From Octopus vulgaris (lineage: Eukaryota): a stretch of DNA of 64,000 nt. The stretch spans positions 186,001-250,000 of the forward strand of contig OX597835.1 in the NCBI GenBank assembly GCA_951406725.2, in the 5' to 3' direction. The notes under the pieces are model-generated. The model was not told the origin of the DNA and searched no databases. It saw only the letters and a program-made list of their open reading frames with translations. The position numbers and the translations under genes were made by a program. This document shows positions 40,193-52,053 of this stretch, in pieces. Each line of letters begins with the position of its first letter. Positions within the stretch are counted from its first letter, which is position 1.

Positions 40193-41594
40193 TGTAATGA
40201 ATTATGCAATGCTCTGTGTCTTTGTTACACTCCATGCAGGCTTGCCAGTTCATTAACCACCTTGAACTAGTGAAGTGTTGCTATTGTTAAACATCTTACT
40301 CTCCACTCAAAGAGAACTGTGTCTAGTGTTATGAATTATGAACTTGTGGTTTGTTTATGGCAGATTTCTCCTCCCACCAACCCCATTGCTTTATGCATGC
40401 TGTACAGTGTTCTGCTGTTATGGCTGCTTAAAAAGAGGGGAAAAAATGTATCATTTTATACTGATATGCATGTGAAAGACATTGCTTGGACTTTTGAAGG
40501 AGTTCTTTGGCTAGTTTTGATTCCCAGTCAAAGCCGGTGTCTTTAGAGGGAGCATAAATGTTGCAGATATCATTTAGATTTCCTAAAGGATTTTTACCGT
40601 TGTATTTAAGGAAGATATCGATAAGCCATTCCCAGTGAGAGGACCTGCAGGCAATTGCTCAAGACATAACAAAATCACACCGCCTCCTCCTCCTCATCAT
40701 CATCATTGTTTTAACATCTATGATGTGGATGAATGTAGACAGCTCCATAAAAAAGTGCTGATCACTCAAAGTGGATGGCATTCATGATAGAGGGAGACTC
40801 AGGAAGACATGGCATGAAGTACTGGAAGATGACCTCAGGACACTGAACCTTACAGCAGAGGTGAGAAAGGACTGAAATATTTGGCACCTTGCCATACTCA
40901 AGAATACCCATCCTCCACAGCATCAGTATTAATGCTGTTTCCCCTGCTGAAGAGGATTGGCCTGCAAGGGCCCTGTGCTAGTGCCACGTAAAAAGCACCC
41001 ATGCCAGTGTCACGTAAAAGCATCCATGCCATTACCACATACAAGGCACCCAGCACAAAGTGGTTGGTATTAAGAAGGGCATCTAGCCATAGAAACCAAG
41101 CCAAATCAGACTGGAGCCTGGTGCAGCTCTCTAGCAGGCCAGCTTCTGTCAAACCATCCAGCCCATGGAAAGCAGATGTTAAAGGATGATGGTGATAATG
41201 ATGATTATTATGTGAGAGAACAGTGCATGCCATCAAAGTAACACTGGGATAAAATATACGAAGCCCAGCATACCCATCATGACCACCCGTCTGATAAGGG
41301 TACACCAGGCACATGCATCACAACCATATGTGCACAACATGGTGATCTCATATCAAGATAGACAGCACATGACCTTGCAGCAGTATTATTATTATTATTA
41401 TTATTGAGAGAGCAGTGTATGCCATCAAAGTGACACTGGGGTAAAATATATGAAGCTCAGTATACCCATCATGACTACTCGTCTGATAAGGGTACATCAG
41501 GCATGTGTATCACAACCATATGTGCACGATAAAACAATTTACATGATAACACTTCCAATCAGTTAAGATCAAATTATTATTATTATTATTATTT

Positions 41595-42490
41595 ATTGTC
41601 TTTGCACAGCTCCTAATGCTGGAGATGTACTATGGTGCCAGCTGTTCACTACCAGTGAACTAAGGTAACACTCTTTGTTTTTTGAGCACCATCCTGAGTG
41701 TTTGAGCGGTTCCAAGCAGTGCTGTTTTCTGCAAGTGCTCCACCCTTATTGTAGCCCCTATTTGTTGCATGTACTCCTCAAGATTTTTACTCATTGTTCC
41801 CAGGGCTCCAACAATTATTGGTACCACTGCCGCCTTTTTGATCGACCACAACTGCTTAACCTCCCAAGCTAACCTGTCATATCTATCGACTTTTCTTTCT
41901 TCCTTATCACATACCTTATTGTCAGCTGGGTGTGCTATATCTATGATCTAGTAACATTTGCTTTTTCTCAGTTAACACTATGTCTGATTTCCTATTCTCT
42001 ATCTCATGGTTGCACTGAATCATAAAATCCCATATGATCTTTACATTATTATTTTTGATTTTGCCTTTGGGTTTATATTTATATAGTTTTTGCTCTGTCA
42101 AGTTCAGACTTGTTGCAAAGCGTCCAATGGACAATTCTTGCTATATTGTCATGACATTTCTTATATTCTTTCTGGGCTAGTGGTGTACATTGACTGGTAA
42201 AATGCCATATGCTTTCACCATTTTGTCCACAAATTCTGCACTTACCACTTTTTCTAATGTGTTTATTCTGTATTTAGTGTAATTGGTTCTTAATGCTTGC
42301 TCTTTGGCAGCACAAATTAGAGCCTCCATTGCCAGTTTCAAATCACTTTTAGTCATCCACAGCCATCTTTTTTCTCTGTCTGTCTTATCTTCAACATCCC
42401 TATGAAATTGTTCATGCATTCTTCTCTTTATCCACCTATTTTCATTTTCATCCATTCTCAAGTGCTTGTACAGTGCTTTATCTTTGCAAT
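41595..42490 (-). mobile_element. R4/Dong-clade non-LTR retrotransposon 3' remnant (CCHC knuckle + restriction-like endonuclease)
   Basis: Minus-strand fragments EALICAAKEQAL, CRICG..ESIWH..C, HDNIA, IIWDF, RKSDIV, IIDIA, PIIVGALG, LQKTALLGTA. Terminates in (TAA)n, the known Dong target repeat. Confidence 0.88.
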
Positions 42491-45400
42491 GGTGATGACA
42501 AATTGTCAGGTTGGACCACTGATGTAAACCTGGGGTGGATGGGTGAATCTTTCTTGGTAACTTTACATTTGAACTAAAGATTTAGCCATACTAATTGTGC
42601 TTATAAGACCAAAATGCAAAAATAAAATAAATAAATGATTAGAATTTTTAATTAAAGCTTTTGGCTTAATTAGGCTTGACTGTTTTCATTGGTAGTTTAT
42701 TAGATTTCAAATTCCATGTGACATCTGTAAAGGTTTTTGGTACAATACCACAACTTACTCAACAACTTAGTTATTCCGAACTTTTTTATTGATTTTCTTG
42801 TTTTATGTTTTTTTTTGTCTTGTAACTATGTAAAAAATTGATAAGGTTACAAATCATATCCAACCACACAGCCAGTTACAGAAGATATGGAATGTAGTTT
42901 CATCGGAGGTATTGATTTTTCGGTTAGGGAATGTGAGCAAGTTGAAAATAATTAAGGGTATGAGGAGAGCAGGCTGCATATCCTGTCCTTTGTGAGTTGG
43001 CAAAAGAAACCAAAATTATAAAAGAACAATTGCAAAAAAATAAGACGAAAAGGAAACTGCTTTTTGATTTCATTTGAAGGATAACCTTGAGGTTTCTTAC
43101 CAATTATTTCATTGTTTATACCATAGCAAAATATAGAAATATTAAAGTTATTACCCTTTAGCTGACTCTTTGATTCTTGTGTTTGAGTAAATAAAATTGT
43201 GTGGACTGTTTTTATGTCTGTTTTGAACTGGGTTAAATCTTGAAATCTCTTGCAGTGTGAGGCTTAGTGGGGGGGGGGGGGGGTCTGAGAAATAGTAAAT
43301 GCATATTAAGTTCATATAATTAATCAAATGGATTCTGGGGGTACTACCTGAATATTCTTCATAAGTCCTGAGAGAGGCCACCTAACTGATGGGTATAAAA
43401 TCATTCACAAGCAGTTTCTGTCCCACAGATGTGCTGTGTGTCCTCTCTTTGCCTTTTCTACTACTACTACAATGCTCTCTGCTCTCCAGAGCTTGCCAAT
43501 TTTGTGTCACTTCCATTGAGGCATTCTTGCTTTACTCATCCTGCCAAAGTCATCTTTGCTTTCCATTCTTTTGGGATCAATAAAATAAAGTACTAGTGAA
43601 ATACTTAGTCCTTTCTCTAGTAACATTGTGTCATTTTCGATGGTTGTGCAGTGCACACCTTGCACACTTGGAATATATGTCCCTGGAGAAAACCCTAAAC
43701 GAAACAGTGTCATGTGGCAAATTGACACCCCCAACATCCTTTTTCTGCTAGCCACTGTAGGGATTGTTGCTCACACTGGTCTTATTCCGTTCTTGTTGGT
43801 AAGAAACAGTTGCAGCTTATCAAGAGGGCTGCTAGCAATGCTTAAAAGAAATCTGTTGTAACTAAGGCACCTCTGATGACTGGTGAGTGATGGCTGAATA
43901 ACCATGATTAAAAGCAGGAGTGAGTCCCTGGAGAAAAGGGTTTAGCCCACAGCCTTCATAGGGCCTATCAAAATGGATGAGGTTAATGGTTTTCTTAAAC
44001 ACCTATTTAGTTGATAACTTCTTGGGAAACATGTGCAAGTAGGGTGGGCATTTCCAGCAGAATGATGTACTGGAGAGGAAGGCAGGCTTGGGGGAGTAGT
44101 GAGTATGGAGCGTCATGGTGGGATGGGAGGGCAAAGAGTAAAGGTAATAAAAAAGGGATCTAATGAAGTTGATTTGTTTTACTCTGCTCCTTTCTTACAC
44201 TTTCCTTTTCTGTTTAATTAACAAACTAATTAATCATTTCTCCTATCATTACATACAGCAATGAGCTGGTGTTTTTATATTTTTTAAAATTATATTAAAG
44301 TGTACTGGTCCATTGGATAGCACAGTTGCACAAATCAATAAAGGTACCAAACTATCAATTCAGTGATTAATATACTAATGAATTCTTGAAAATTTTTTTA
44401 ATTAACATAATTGTAATTTCTTTAAGTTGACATTTAACTCCTTTATAATCATATTTCTATTGAAAAACACTATCTTTGTTTTAGAATTTAAATTGACATG
44501 AAATTTTGATCGAAGGTTTTAATTTACATTACTTTAAGATCTTTAACCTTAAGCATTTAATCCAGCCATATCTACCTGTTTTATGTTAAAACTGACCAGA
44601 TCCAACCTCTCACACCTACCCTACAATGTCATTCTAAAAATATACAAACACACCATTGAAATTTTGAAGCTACAAAATAATGCATGATTAATTCAAAACA
44701 AAATGTGAATAAATAAACAATATATTTGACAAAGAAATCTGAATTCTAAAAGGTTAAAGTTTGAATCATAGAACTAGAAGCACTCTTGCGTAGGTTGGTG
44801 TTAAAATGGTTAAAGAAAATAAACTTATTTTATAAAAAAACATGTTCAGGTTATAGTGTGCTGTCCATGCTAGTTCTATTTCATAGTACTGAAATTAGGT
44901 GTTGTCATTGTTACTATGTTGTTCTAGTTATCTTTGATAAAGTATGTCAGTTATTGTCGTTTGGACCAATTTCAACCCTAGTTAAGCCGGCCTGTAAATC
45001 CAAACCATTTCAACCAAGACCAAGCCATTTTTTGCCCAACAGTTTTGTATATTGCTGCCAGCATTATATATAGTTGTAGGTAGGTGCTATATGGAAGTGC
45101 ATTGGTAGTGGTTAGAGTGTTCAGCTCATGATCATAAGGTCGTGAATTCAATTCATGACAGTATGTTGTGTCCTCGAGCAGGACACTTTATTTCCTGTGG
45201 CTCCAGTCCACTCAACTGGCAAAATTGAGTTGTGCCTGTATTTCAAAGGGCCAACCTTGTTACAATTGGGGTGTCACACTGAATTTCCCTAAATACTATA
45301 AGGGTACTCATGTCTGTGGATTGCTCAGCCACTTGCATGTTAATTTCACGAGCAGGCTGTTTTGTTGATCTGATTAACTGGAACCCTCGTCGTCATAACG

Positions 45401-45849
45401 AATGGAGTGCCAGTCTTTTATTGGCAGATACCGTTGGCATATAGTACCACATAATAAGAAGTACAAACCTCTGTAGACTGCTGTGGTAGTGATGTAAAAT
45501 TAATAAGAGTTTCGTTAGCATGCTCTGTTGGTGTTGGCCTTTTTAAAGTTTGGAAGAATAGCTTTTTGAGTATTAGGCTTGTCTGAACCAACAGGCTCTA
45601 GGTTTATGTGAAGTCTTCAATGGTACCCTTAAAACTCAAGGTTTATGAAACCTTTCCCTTGCCATGGACACACACACCCTTGTATAAAAAATAAAAATAG
45701 TGGAATGCTTTTGATTATATGGCTGCAGGTCCAGGGTTGATCTGGGATTATTTAACAATAACAATTTCTAAGTAGTAATATATAAATTACCATTTTGAAA
45801 TATTGAATTCCATAAATAGTGTTTTGATTTGAATTACAATGTCCTGTGC

Positions 45850-45944
45850 ATGTTTTAGTTTCTGTTTTATGAAGACTGAATGTTTTAGTTTCTGTTTTAT
45901 GAAGACAGAATGTTTTAGTTTCTGTTTTATGAAGACAGAATGTT
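45850..45944. repeat. 30-bp minisatellite, about 3.2 copies
   Basis: ATGTTTTAGTTTCTGTTTTATGAAGAC(T/A)GA three times. Confidence 0.95.
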
Positions 45945-46140
45945 GTCTTGTTAGAAAACTGACACCCAAACACTTAATCATCACATCTTTTGTATGAGTC
46001 TTTATAGTTATTATGAATTCCATAAATGACATCACCATTTAATTTTTTCTTTCTGTCTCTTACCAGTAAAATTCTTAACTGACAGTCATTTTTTTCTTTC
46101 ACATTTACCATTTCTTTTTTCCCCATTAGGCCTTGAAGAG

Positions 46141-46230
46141 ATGGGTTATGAAGTTGTCAGATTTCAGGGGGATGTTGATGAAGAATTGATTTGTGCTATT
46201 TGCAGTGGAGTCCTTGAGGATCCACTCCAG
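46141..46230 (+). CDS. RNF41: First coding exon of E3 ubiquitin-protein ligase NRDP1/RNF41 (start of RING finger). Exon 46130-46230; the rest of the gene was not found in the window
   Basis: Translates to MGYEVVRFQGDVDEELICAICSGVLEDPLQ, 24/30 identical to the recalled human RNF41 N-terminus MGYDVTRFQGDVDEDLICPICSGVLEEPVQ. Polypyrimidine tract plus AG at 46128-46129, good start context (GAGATGG), phase-0 donor CAG|GTAAGT at 46231. Confidence 0.93.
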
Positions 46231-47052
46231 GTAAGTTAATTAACCAAAAATATTCAGTTTGTCCCTCATTCCACTGAATGGCTCATCCATTCTCATTACA
46301 CTTTTGTTGTTTCAGAATATTTTCTTTTATTGAACGTTGTTTTTTTTTATCATGTTCCCATATTTATATCACTCATCATCATAATTTAAAATCCACTTTT
46401 CCATGCTGGCATGGGTTGGACAGAGTTTGTTGCCAGAGATTTTCTATGTCCAGATGTCCTTTCTGTTGCCAACCCTAACGTATTTCTAAGTTAATGCTTC
46501 CCTATACCAAGGTATGTTCCTCAAGAAAGACTGGAAACGAACAGCCTCACCTGTATGACAATGATGATCGTTTACAACCATCACGTGATGTCTAGACAAA
46601 AGCACACACACACATACTCACCACTTCTTTATGTTTCCGTCTACCAAATCTATTTATAAGAGTTTCATCAGCCTGGGCCTAAGGTGCGCATGGTTGGGAA
46701 GCAACATTTTTAACTACACACCAATACCTACACTTTCATCATCTCTCTACACACATAACACTTTTTGTACATGTCATGGTGAAAACATGGCTCAGTGGTT
46801 ACAGTGTTGAGTTCACAATGATGAGGTAGTGAATTCAATTCTCGGACGGGGTTGTGTACTGCGTTCTTGAGCAAGATACTTTATTTCACATTGCTCCAGT
46901 TCACTCATCTCTAGAAATGAGTTGCAGCATCACTGATGCCAAGCTGTGTCAGCCTTTGCCTTTCCTTTGGATAACATCAGTGGCATGCAGAGTGGAGGCT
47001 GGTATGCATGGTTGACTGTGTTGGTCTTCCATAAACAACTTTGCTTGGACCT

Positions 47053-48186
47053 AAAGCTTTTGACTCGGTAAACCACCGCCTATTACTTGTCAAGCTTCAA
47101 GCATATAGTTTCCATCCGGATATTGTACGATGGGTTGGTGCCTTCCTCTCAGATCGCTCCTTCCAAGTCCAAGTTAATGGTTCGCGGTCCGACGTCTCCA
47201 GCGCGAGCAGTGGCGTGCCTCAAGGTTCAGTGCTTGGGCCCTTGTTGTTCTTAGTCTTCATAAATGACTTGCCCGACGACCTCACGCAACACACCCTTCT
47301 ATTTGCCGACGATATCAAACTGGTCGCTCCTCGCGGTAATATAGAGGATCTTCATCGATGCCTCCACCAAATTTGGAAGTGGTCTAACGATTGGGACCTG
47401 TGTCTGAACGTGTCAAAGTGCTGTCATCTGCCTGTCGGCTCTACTCCTGCAACTCAACTTGATTTTGAGCCGGGTCGTCTGCTGCTGGAGAGGACCGATC
47501 AGGTAAAGGACCTGGGTATCTTGGTGGATTCCTCCTTTTCGCCTTTGGCCCAGTGCGTCCATGCTGCCAACAAAGCACGCGGAATTCTGTTCTTGATTCG
47601 ACGGTCATTCGGAATGCTCACGGCAGCCATATTCCTACCACTCTATGTCACGCTGGTGAGACCCATATTGGAGTATGGGATTCAAGCCTCTTCTCCTTAT
47701 CTCCTCAAAGACATACAGCACCTCGAAAGAGTCCAGAAGCTGGCTACCCGCATGGTTCATGGTCTCAAAAATTTGTCCTACGAAGAAAGGCTGAGGACGC
47801 TCGACCTTTATTCTCTTGAAAAACGCCGCCGCCGTGGTGATCTCATTCTCGCCCACAACATCATAAGCGGAAAGTGTAACCTCTCGAAAGAGCTGTTCTT
47901 CACTCCTGCACCAGAGCGTCGGCTGCGGGGTCATTCCGAAAAGCTCTACCTGCAACGATTTCATCTCAATCGAAGGAGAGGAGCTTTCTCCGTCCAGGTT
48001 GCGGATCCGTGGAACAAGCTGCCAGACGAGATGGTGAAGATGCCGACGACCGCTTTGTTCAAAGCCTCCCTGGACCTCAAGTGGCCTGAACTCTTTACAT
48101 GAACACCACCCTGTACTTAACTCCATGTCCCCCTACATGGCCTTGCTATTTGCTTTTGAGCCAAATTAACTAACTAACTAACTAAC
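47053..48186 (+). mobile_element. Second, more truncated copy of the same CR1-type LINE (open RT C-terminal frame with intact FADD)
   Basis: About 98% identical to 38218-39350, same 3'UTR and (TAAC)n tail, inserted in the 3' part of a SINE. Confidence 0.95.
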
Positions 48187-48984
48187 ATGACCAAAGGGGG
48201 GTCTTTACCCTTTTTACTCATCATTATATATACTGCATTATTAGTCTGTATACACTCTACTTAGCCTTTTAAAACATTTAAAAAAATTATTGTTAGCTCA
48301 ACGTTTTTAATAAGAAAATGTTGAGTTTGACGAAATTTGTTTCTATTTAGAGTAGAAAGACTAAAACTAATTTTGATTGTCTTCTGATTAGGCTCAAAGC
48401 TAATTTTTGTAAAGAGTTGAAATTGTTATCTGGAAACGCTGTATGTATATAAAGCAAGTGTTTAAGGGAAAGAGCAAAGCTGACTGTCCTAGGCAGTAAA
48501 CTAAAACAAAGCCAAAATTACGTTTGTGAAATTTAAATTGGAACTCGGAGGGTGGCAGCTAAATCCAGTCAAAACATTTAGTCCAACAGTCTTTTGAATG
48601 ACCTTGAAAAAAAAATGCTTATTTCTTATCTAAGACACAGCAAATTTGTGACGCCAAGAGAAACATTGTTGATCCTTAACTTATCAACGCTCTAGAAGAA
48701 GAAGAAGAATTAAGTTAGCCTTGCTGTGATTTAAGTTTTGAAAGATGGACGAAATCGAACACAGTAAATATATTGAATGTGGCCAAGCTCTGTCTCTGTA
48801 TATCTATGATGAAAGTGGATAAATATATATGTAAATAGAAACCAAATATGCCTGCAAAAAGTTAGAACTGGCGATAGTGTGTGCAAGGTTCAGGGGAGGT
48901 AATTCAAGTTGACTCTAGTGAAGCTTTCTTGGCCTGCGCTACAGCCTCAACTTTATTAAAGTCATCTTTCTCCCGTTATATATA

Positions 48985-49019
<35 letters not shown>

Positions 49020-49107
49020 GTAGTAAAGTTTCTTTGTTTATTGTATAGGTTAGTAGTTTGAAGTGCTCAGATAAAAAACCCGAGGCACAAAGGTATAAAA
49101 AAATGTA

Positions 49108-49575
49108 AAGGAGAATTTCAGACAAGCTCAACAATTTAAATAAGCATATATGCTGCCATGGATCGATGTATATCAGTTTTTAAATATACGAATGTATCAG
49201 TCATTAAAATATTAAGACATATTCAAAAGCATACATTTTAAAAAATTAAATATGCATATATAAATAGATGAGTGAAGTTAGGTTGTAAAAGTATGGATGT
49301 ATAAAAATATATTTAGAATTTCAGACGTATTAAACGCCTTTTAATATGACTGAAATTCTAAATATATTTTTATACATCTATACTTTTACAACCTAACTTC
49401 ACTCATCTATTTATATATGTATATTTAATTTTTATATATTTATGCTTTCATAGATTTTTAATATGTCTTAATATTTTAATGACTGATACATTCGTATATT
49501 TAAAAACTGATACACATCGATCCATGGCAGAATATATGCTTATTTAAATTGTTGAGCCTGTCTGAAATTCTCCTT
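49108..49575. repeat. Long foldback inverted repeat (arms 49108-49334 and 49340-49575, 5-nt loop CGCCT)
   Basis: Arms are reverse complements along their length, with a few substitutions and one short diverged indel segment. Confidence 0.95.
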
Positions 49576-49576
49576 A

Positions 49577-49615
<39 letters not shown>

Positions 49616-49714
49616 GTATACATACATATATACACACACACACACACACATACATACATGAAATTAATCTGTGTAAAAATCAATAAGAAGAGTACTCCAT
49701 CTAATGAGAGTCTA

Positions 49715-50000
49715 ATCATCATTATCGTTTAACGTCTGCTTTCCATGCTAGCATGGGTTGGACGATTTGACTGGCGAACCAGATGGCTGCACCAGGCTCC
49801 AATCTGATCTGGCAATTTCTACAACTGGATGCCCTTCCTAATGCCAACCACTCCAAGAGTGTAGTGGGTGCTTTTACGTGCCACCGGCACAAGGGCCAGT
49901 CAGGCAGTACTGGCAACAGCTACGCTCAAATGGTGTTTTTTACGTGTCACCTGCACAGGAGCCAGTCCAGCGGCACTGGCAATGACCTCGCCCAAAATGT
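49715..50000 (-). mobile_element. RTE 3'UTR fragment. Similar fragments at about 18120-18310, 22630-22780, 24700-24920, 31690-31900, 40960-41190, 58130-58350
   Basis: Homology to the 3' end of the LINE at 19013-20693, including the (GAT)n tail. Confidence 0.8.
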
Positions 50001-50163
50001 CTTTTCAAGTGCCAGTAGCAATTTATATAATTTTTCTTTTTGGTTTTTTTATTATCCATTTACCCATCTTGGTGGAATCTTCCATTAGGTACATTTTGCT
50101 TTCAAATCACTTCACACCTGTCCTCTATTTAAATGTATACCTCTTGGTTGCATAGTTCAATCA

Positions 50164-50207
50164 GCACCTGATGAATGTACTTATGTACGTGAAACTGTTA
50201 GTAGTGC
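50164..50207 (+). ncRNA. Minimal type I hammerhead ribozyme motif (Penelope-like-element type)
   Basis: GCAC-CUGAUGA-AUGUAC(UUAU)GUACGU-GAA-ACU(GUU)AGU-A-GUGC. Intact CUGANGA and GAAA core boxes, 4-bp stem I, 6-bp stem II, 3-bp stem III, GUA triplet with predicted cleavage after 50203. Followed by (TA)n. Confidence 0.75.
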
Positions 50208-51199
50208 ATTAATGCATGTATATATATATATGTAGGTGCAATGGCCCAGTGGTTAAGGCAGCGGACTCGCGGTCATAGGATCGCGGTTTGATTCCCAGAC
50301 CGGGTGTTGTGAGTGTTTATTGAGCGAAAACTTTAAGGAGAACTTTAATAAAATGTTCTCAGTATTATCTGGAGCAAAACCAAGGCAGCAGGCTGGCAGA
50401 GTCGTTTCTGTGCCAGGCAAAATACTTAGTAGCATTTCATTCATCTTTACATTCTGAGTTCAAATTCCATCAAGGTCAGCTTTGTCTATCATCCTTTTGG
50501 GGTTAATGAAATAAGTACCAGTTGAGAACAGGGGTCAATGTAATTGACTTGTCCCCCCACCCTCACCCCTGAAATTGCTGGCCTTGTGCCAAAAGTTGAG
50601 ATCAGTATTATCCAGAGTGAATAAATAAAGCTTGGTTGTTTTGTTTTGTTTTTTTATCTTGTTTCAATCATTTGGCTGCAGCCATGCTGGAGCACTGCCT
50701 TGAAAGGTTTTAGTCAAACAAATCAACTCCAGGACTTTTTTTTTTTAAGTCTAGTACTTACTCTGTTGATCTCTTTTGCTGAACCACTAATGGGGATATA
50801 AACACACCAATATCAGCTGTCAAGCAATAGTGGGGAGCAAACACAGGCACACACAAACACATGACATGGTCTTCTTTTAGTTACTATCTTCCAAATCTAC
50901 TCACAAGATTTTTGTTGGCCCGAGGCTATGAAAGAAGGCACTTACCTGAGGTAGCACGCAGTGGGACTGAACCCAAAATCATGTGGTTAAGTATCAAGTT
51001 TCTTACCACACAGCCGCACTTGCGCCCTTTATTGATTTTTAAAAAATTTTTTGCTGGTTTCTAATAACAAGTAAAAGTGAAGTTTATTTTTATTGTGTAA
51101 AACAACATCAGTAATTTACCAAAGGAAAAGAAATCTTGTTACTGTTTGAGGTGGTACACTAATATTATAAAATATTTTAACCTTATTTCATTTTGTCTG

Positions 51200-51730
51200 A
51201 AAGCGATGACACTGAAAAATCGATATGGTAAATTTATGACACTAACTTAAAAGGAAGAAAGAAAAAAACTGTTATTGACCATAAGTGTATTAAATCCATA
51301 ACGAAAAGTGCGTCTGTTATTTTTACTATCATTGTAGCAGTAGCCTCCCTTGTTCCAGCTAAAAAAAAAATTTGTACGAGAAACGGATTCACGGCGAAAT
51401 AACAACGCAAAGAAAACTAACACACACACACGCGCGCGCGCACACACACGAGACTAATACGTCGAATAAATTAAAAAAATAAAAATACCCAATGGAAACG
51501 ATGAAACCGGTAGGGATGGTACTTTTTAAGGTAAAGAAATAGCAAAATCTCTTTAGGACCCCGTACTACTGATTTCCTCCGCAAAATAGGGATAACGGAG
51601 GCCCGTCGGAGAAAGGAGCCCCGCAAGGTGGTGTTGCTGCTGCAGTGAATGTCGCTGGCTATTCTCCGTCGTTACCATTTGTTTTGGGGGTATCGTCCCC
51701 TCCCCGTTCCATCTTCCACCGCTCTACCCC
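51200..51730. promoter_or_regulatory. CpG-dense non-repeat block; candidate unmethylated promoter or enhancer
   Basis: About 30 CpGs in ~530 bp by eye, against strong CpG depletion in most non-TE sequence. No similarity to other repeats in the window. Confidence 0.4.
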
Positions 51731-52053
51731 CTCCTATCTTCTTTTCTTTATCTTTCTCATCTCTCTTCTTTCCTGTAACTTTGTTTTTAAATGCTCTAAT
51801 AAAATAAAAGGAAAGATTAAAGAGAATGAAAGTCTTGGTGTTGCTGTGTGATAAGAAGTTTGCTTCCCAACCACATGGATGCAGGTTCAGTCCTACTGTG
51901 TGGCAACTTGGGCAAATGTCTTCTACTATAGTCTTTGGGTGAAAAAAACCTTGTGAGTGGATTTGGTGGATGGAAACTGAAAGAAGCCTGTCATATGTGT
52001 GTGTGTAAATATATATATATGTGTATGTATGTATTTATGCATATTTATATATA

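Noticed and set aside
47041-48102. 353-aa ORF as a host gene
   Set aside because: It is a truncated LINE RT beginning in SINE sequence at a non-ATG codon.
50233-50305. tRNA-Arg gene
   Set aside because: It continues into SINE body shared with 11275-11450, and I see no proper acceptor stem or terminator.
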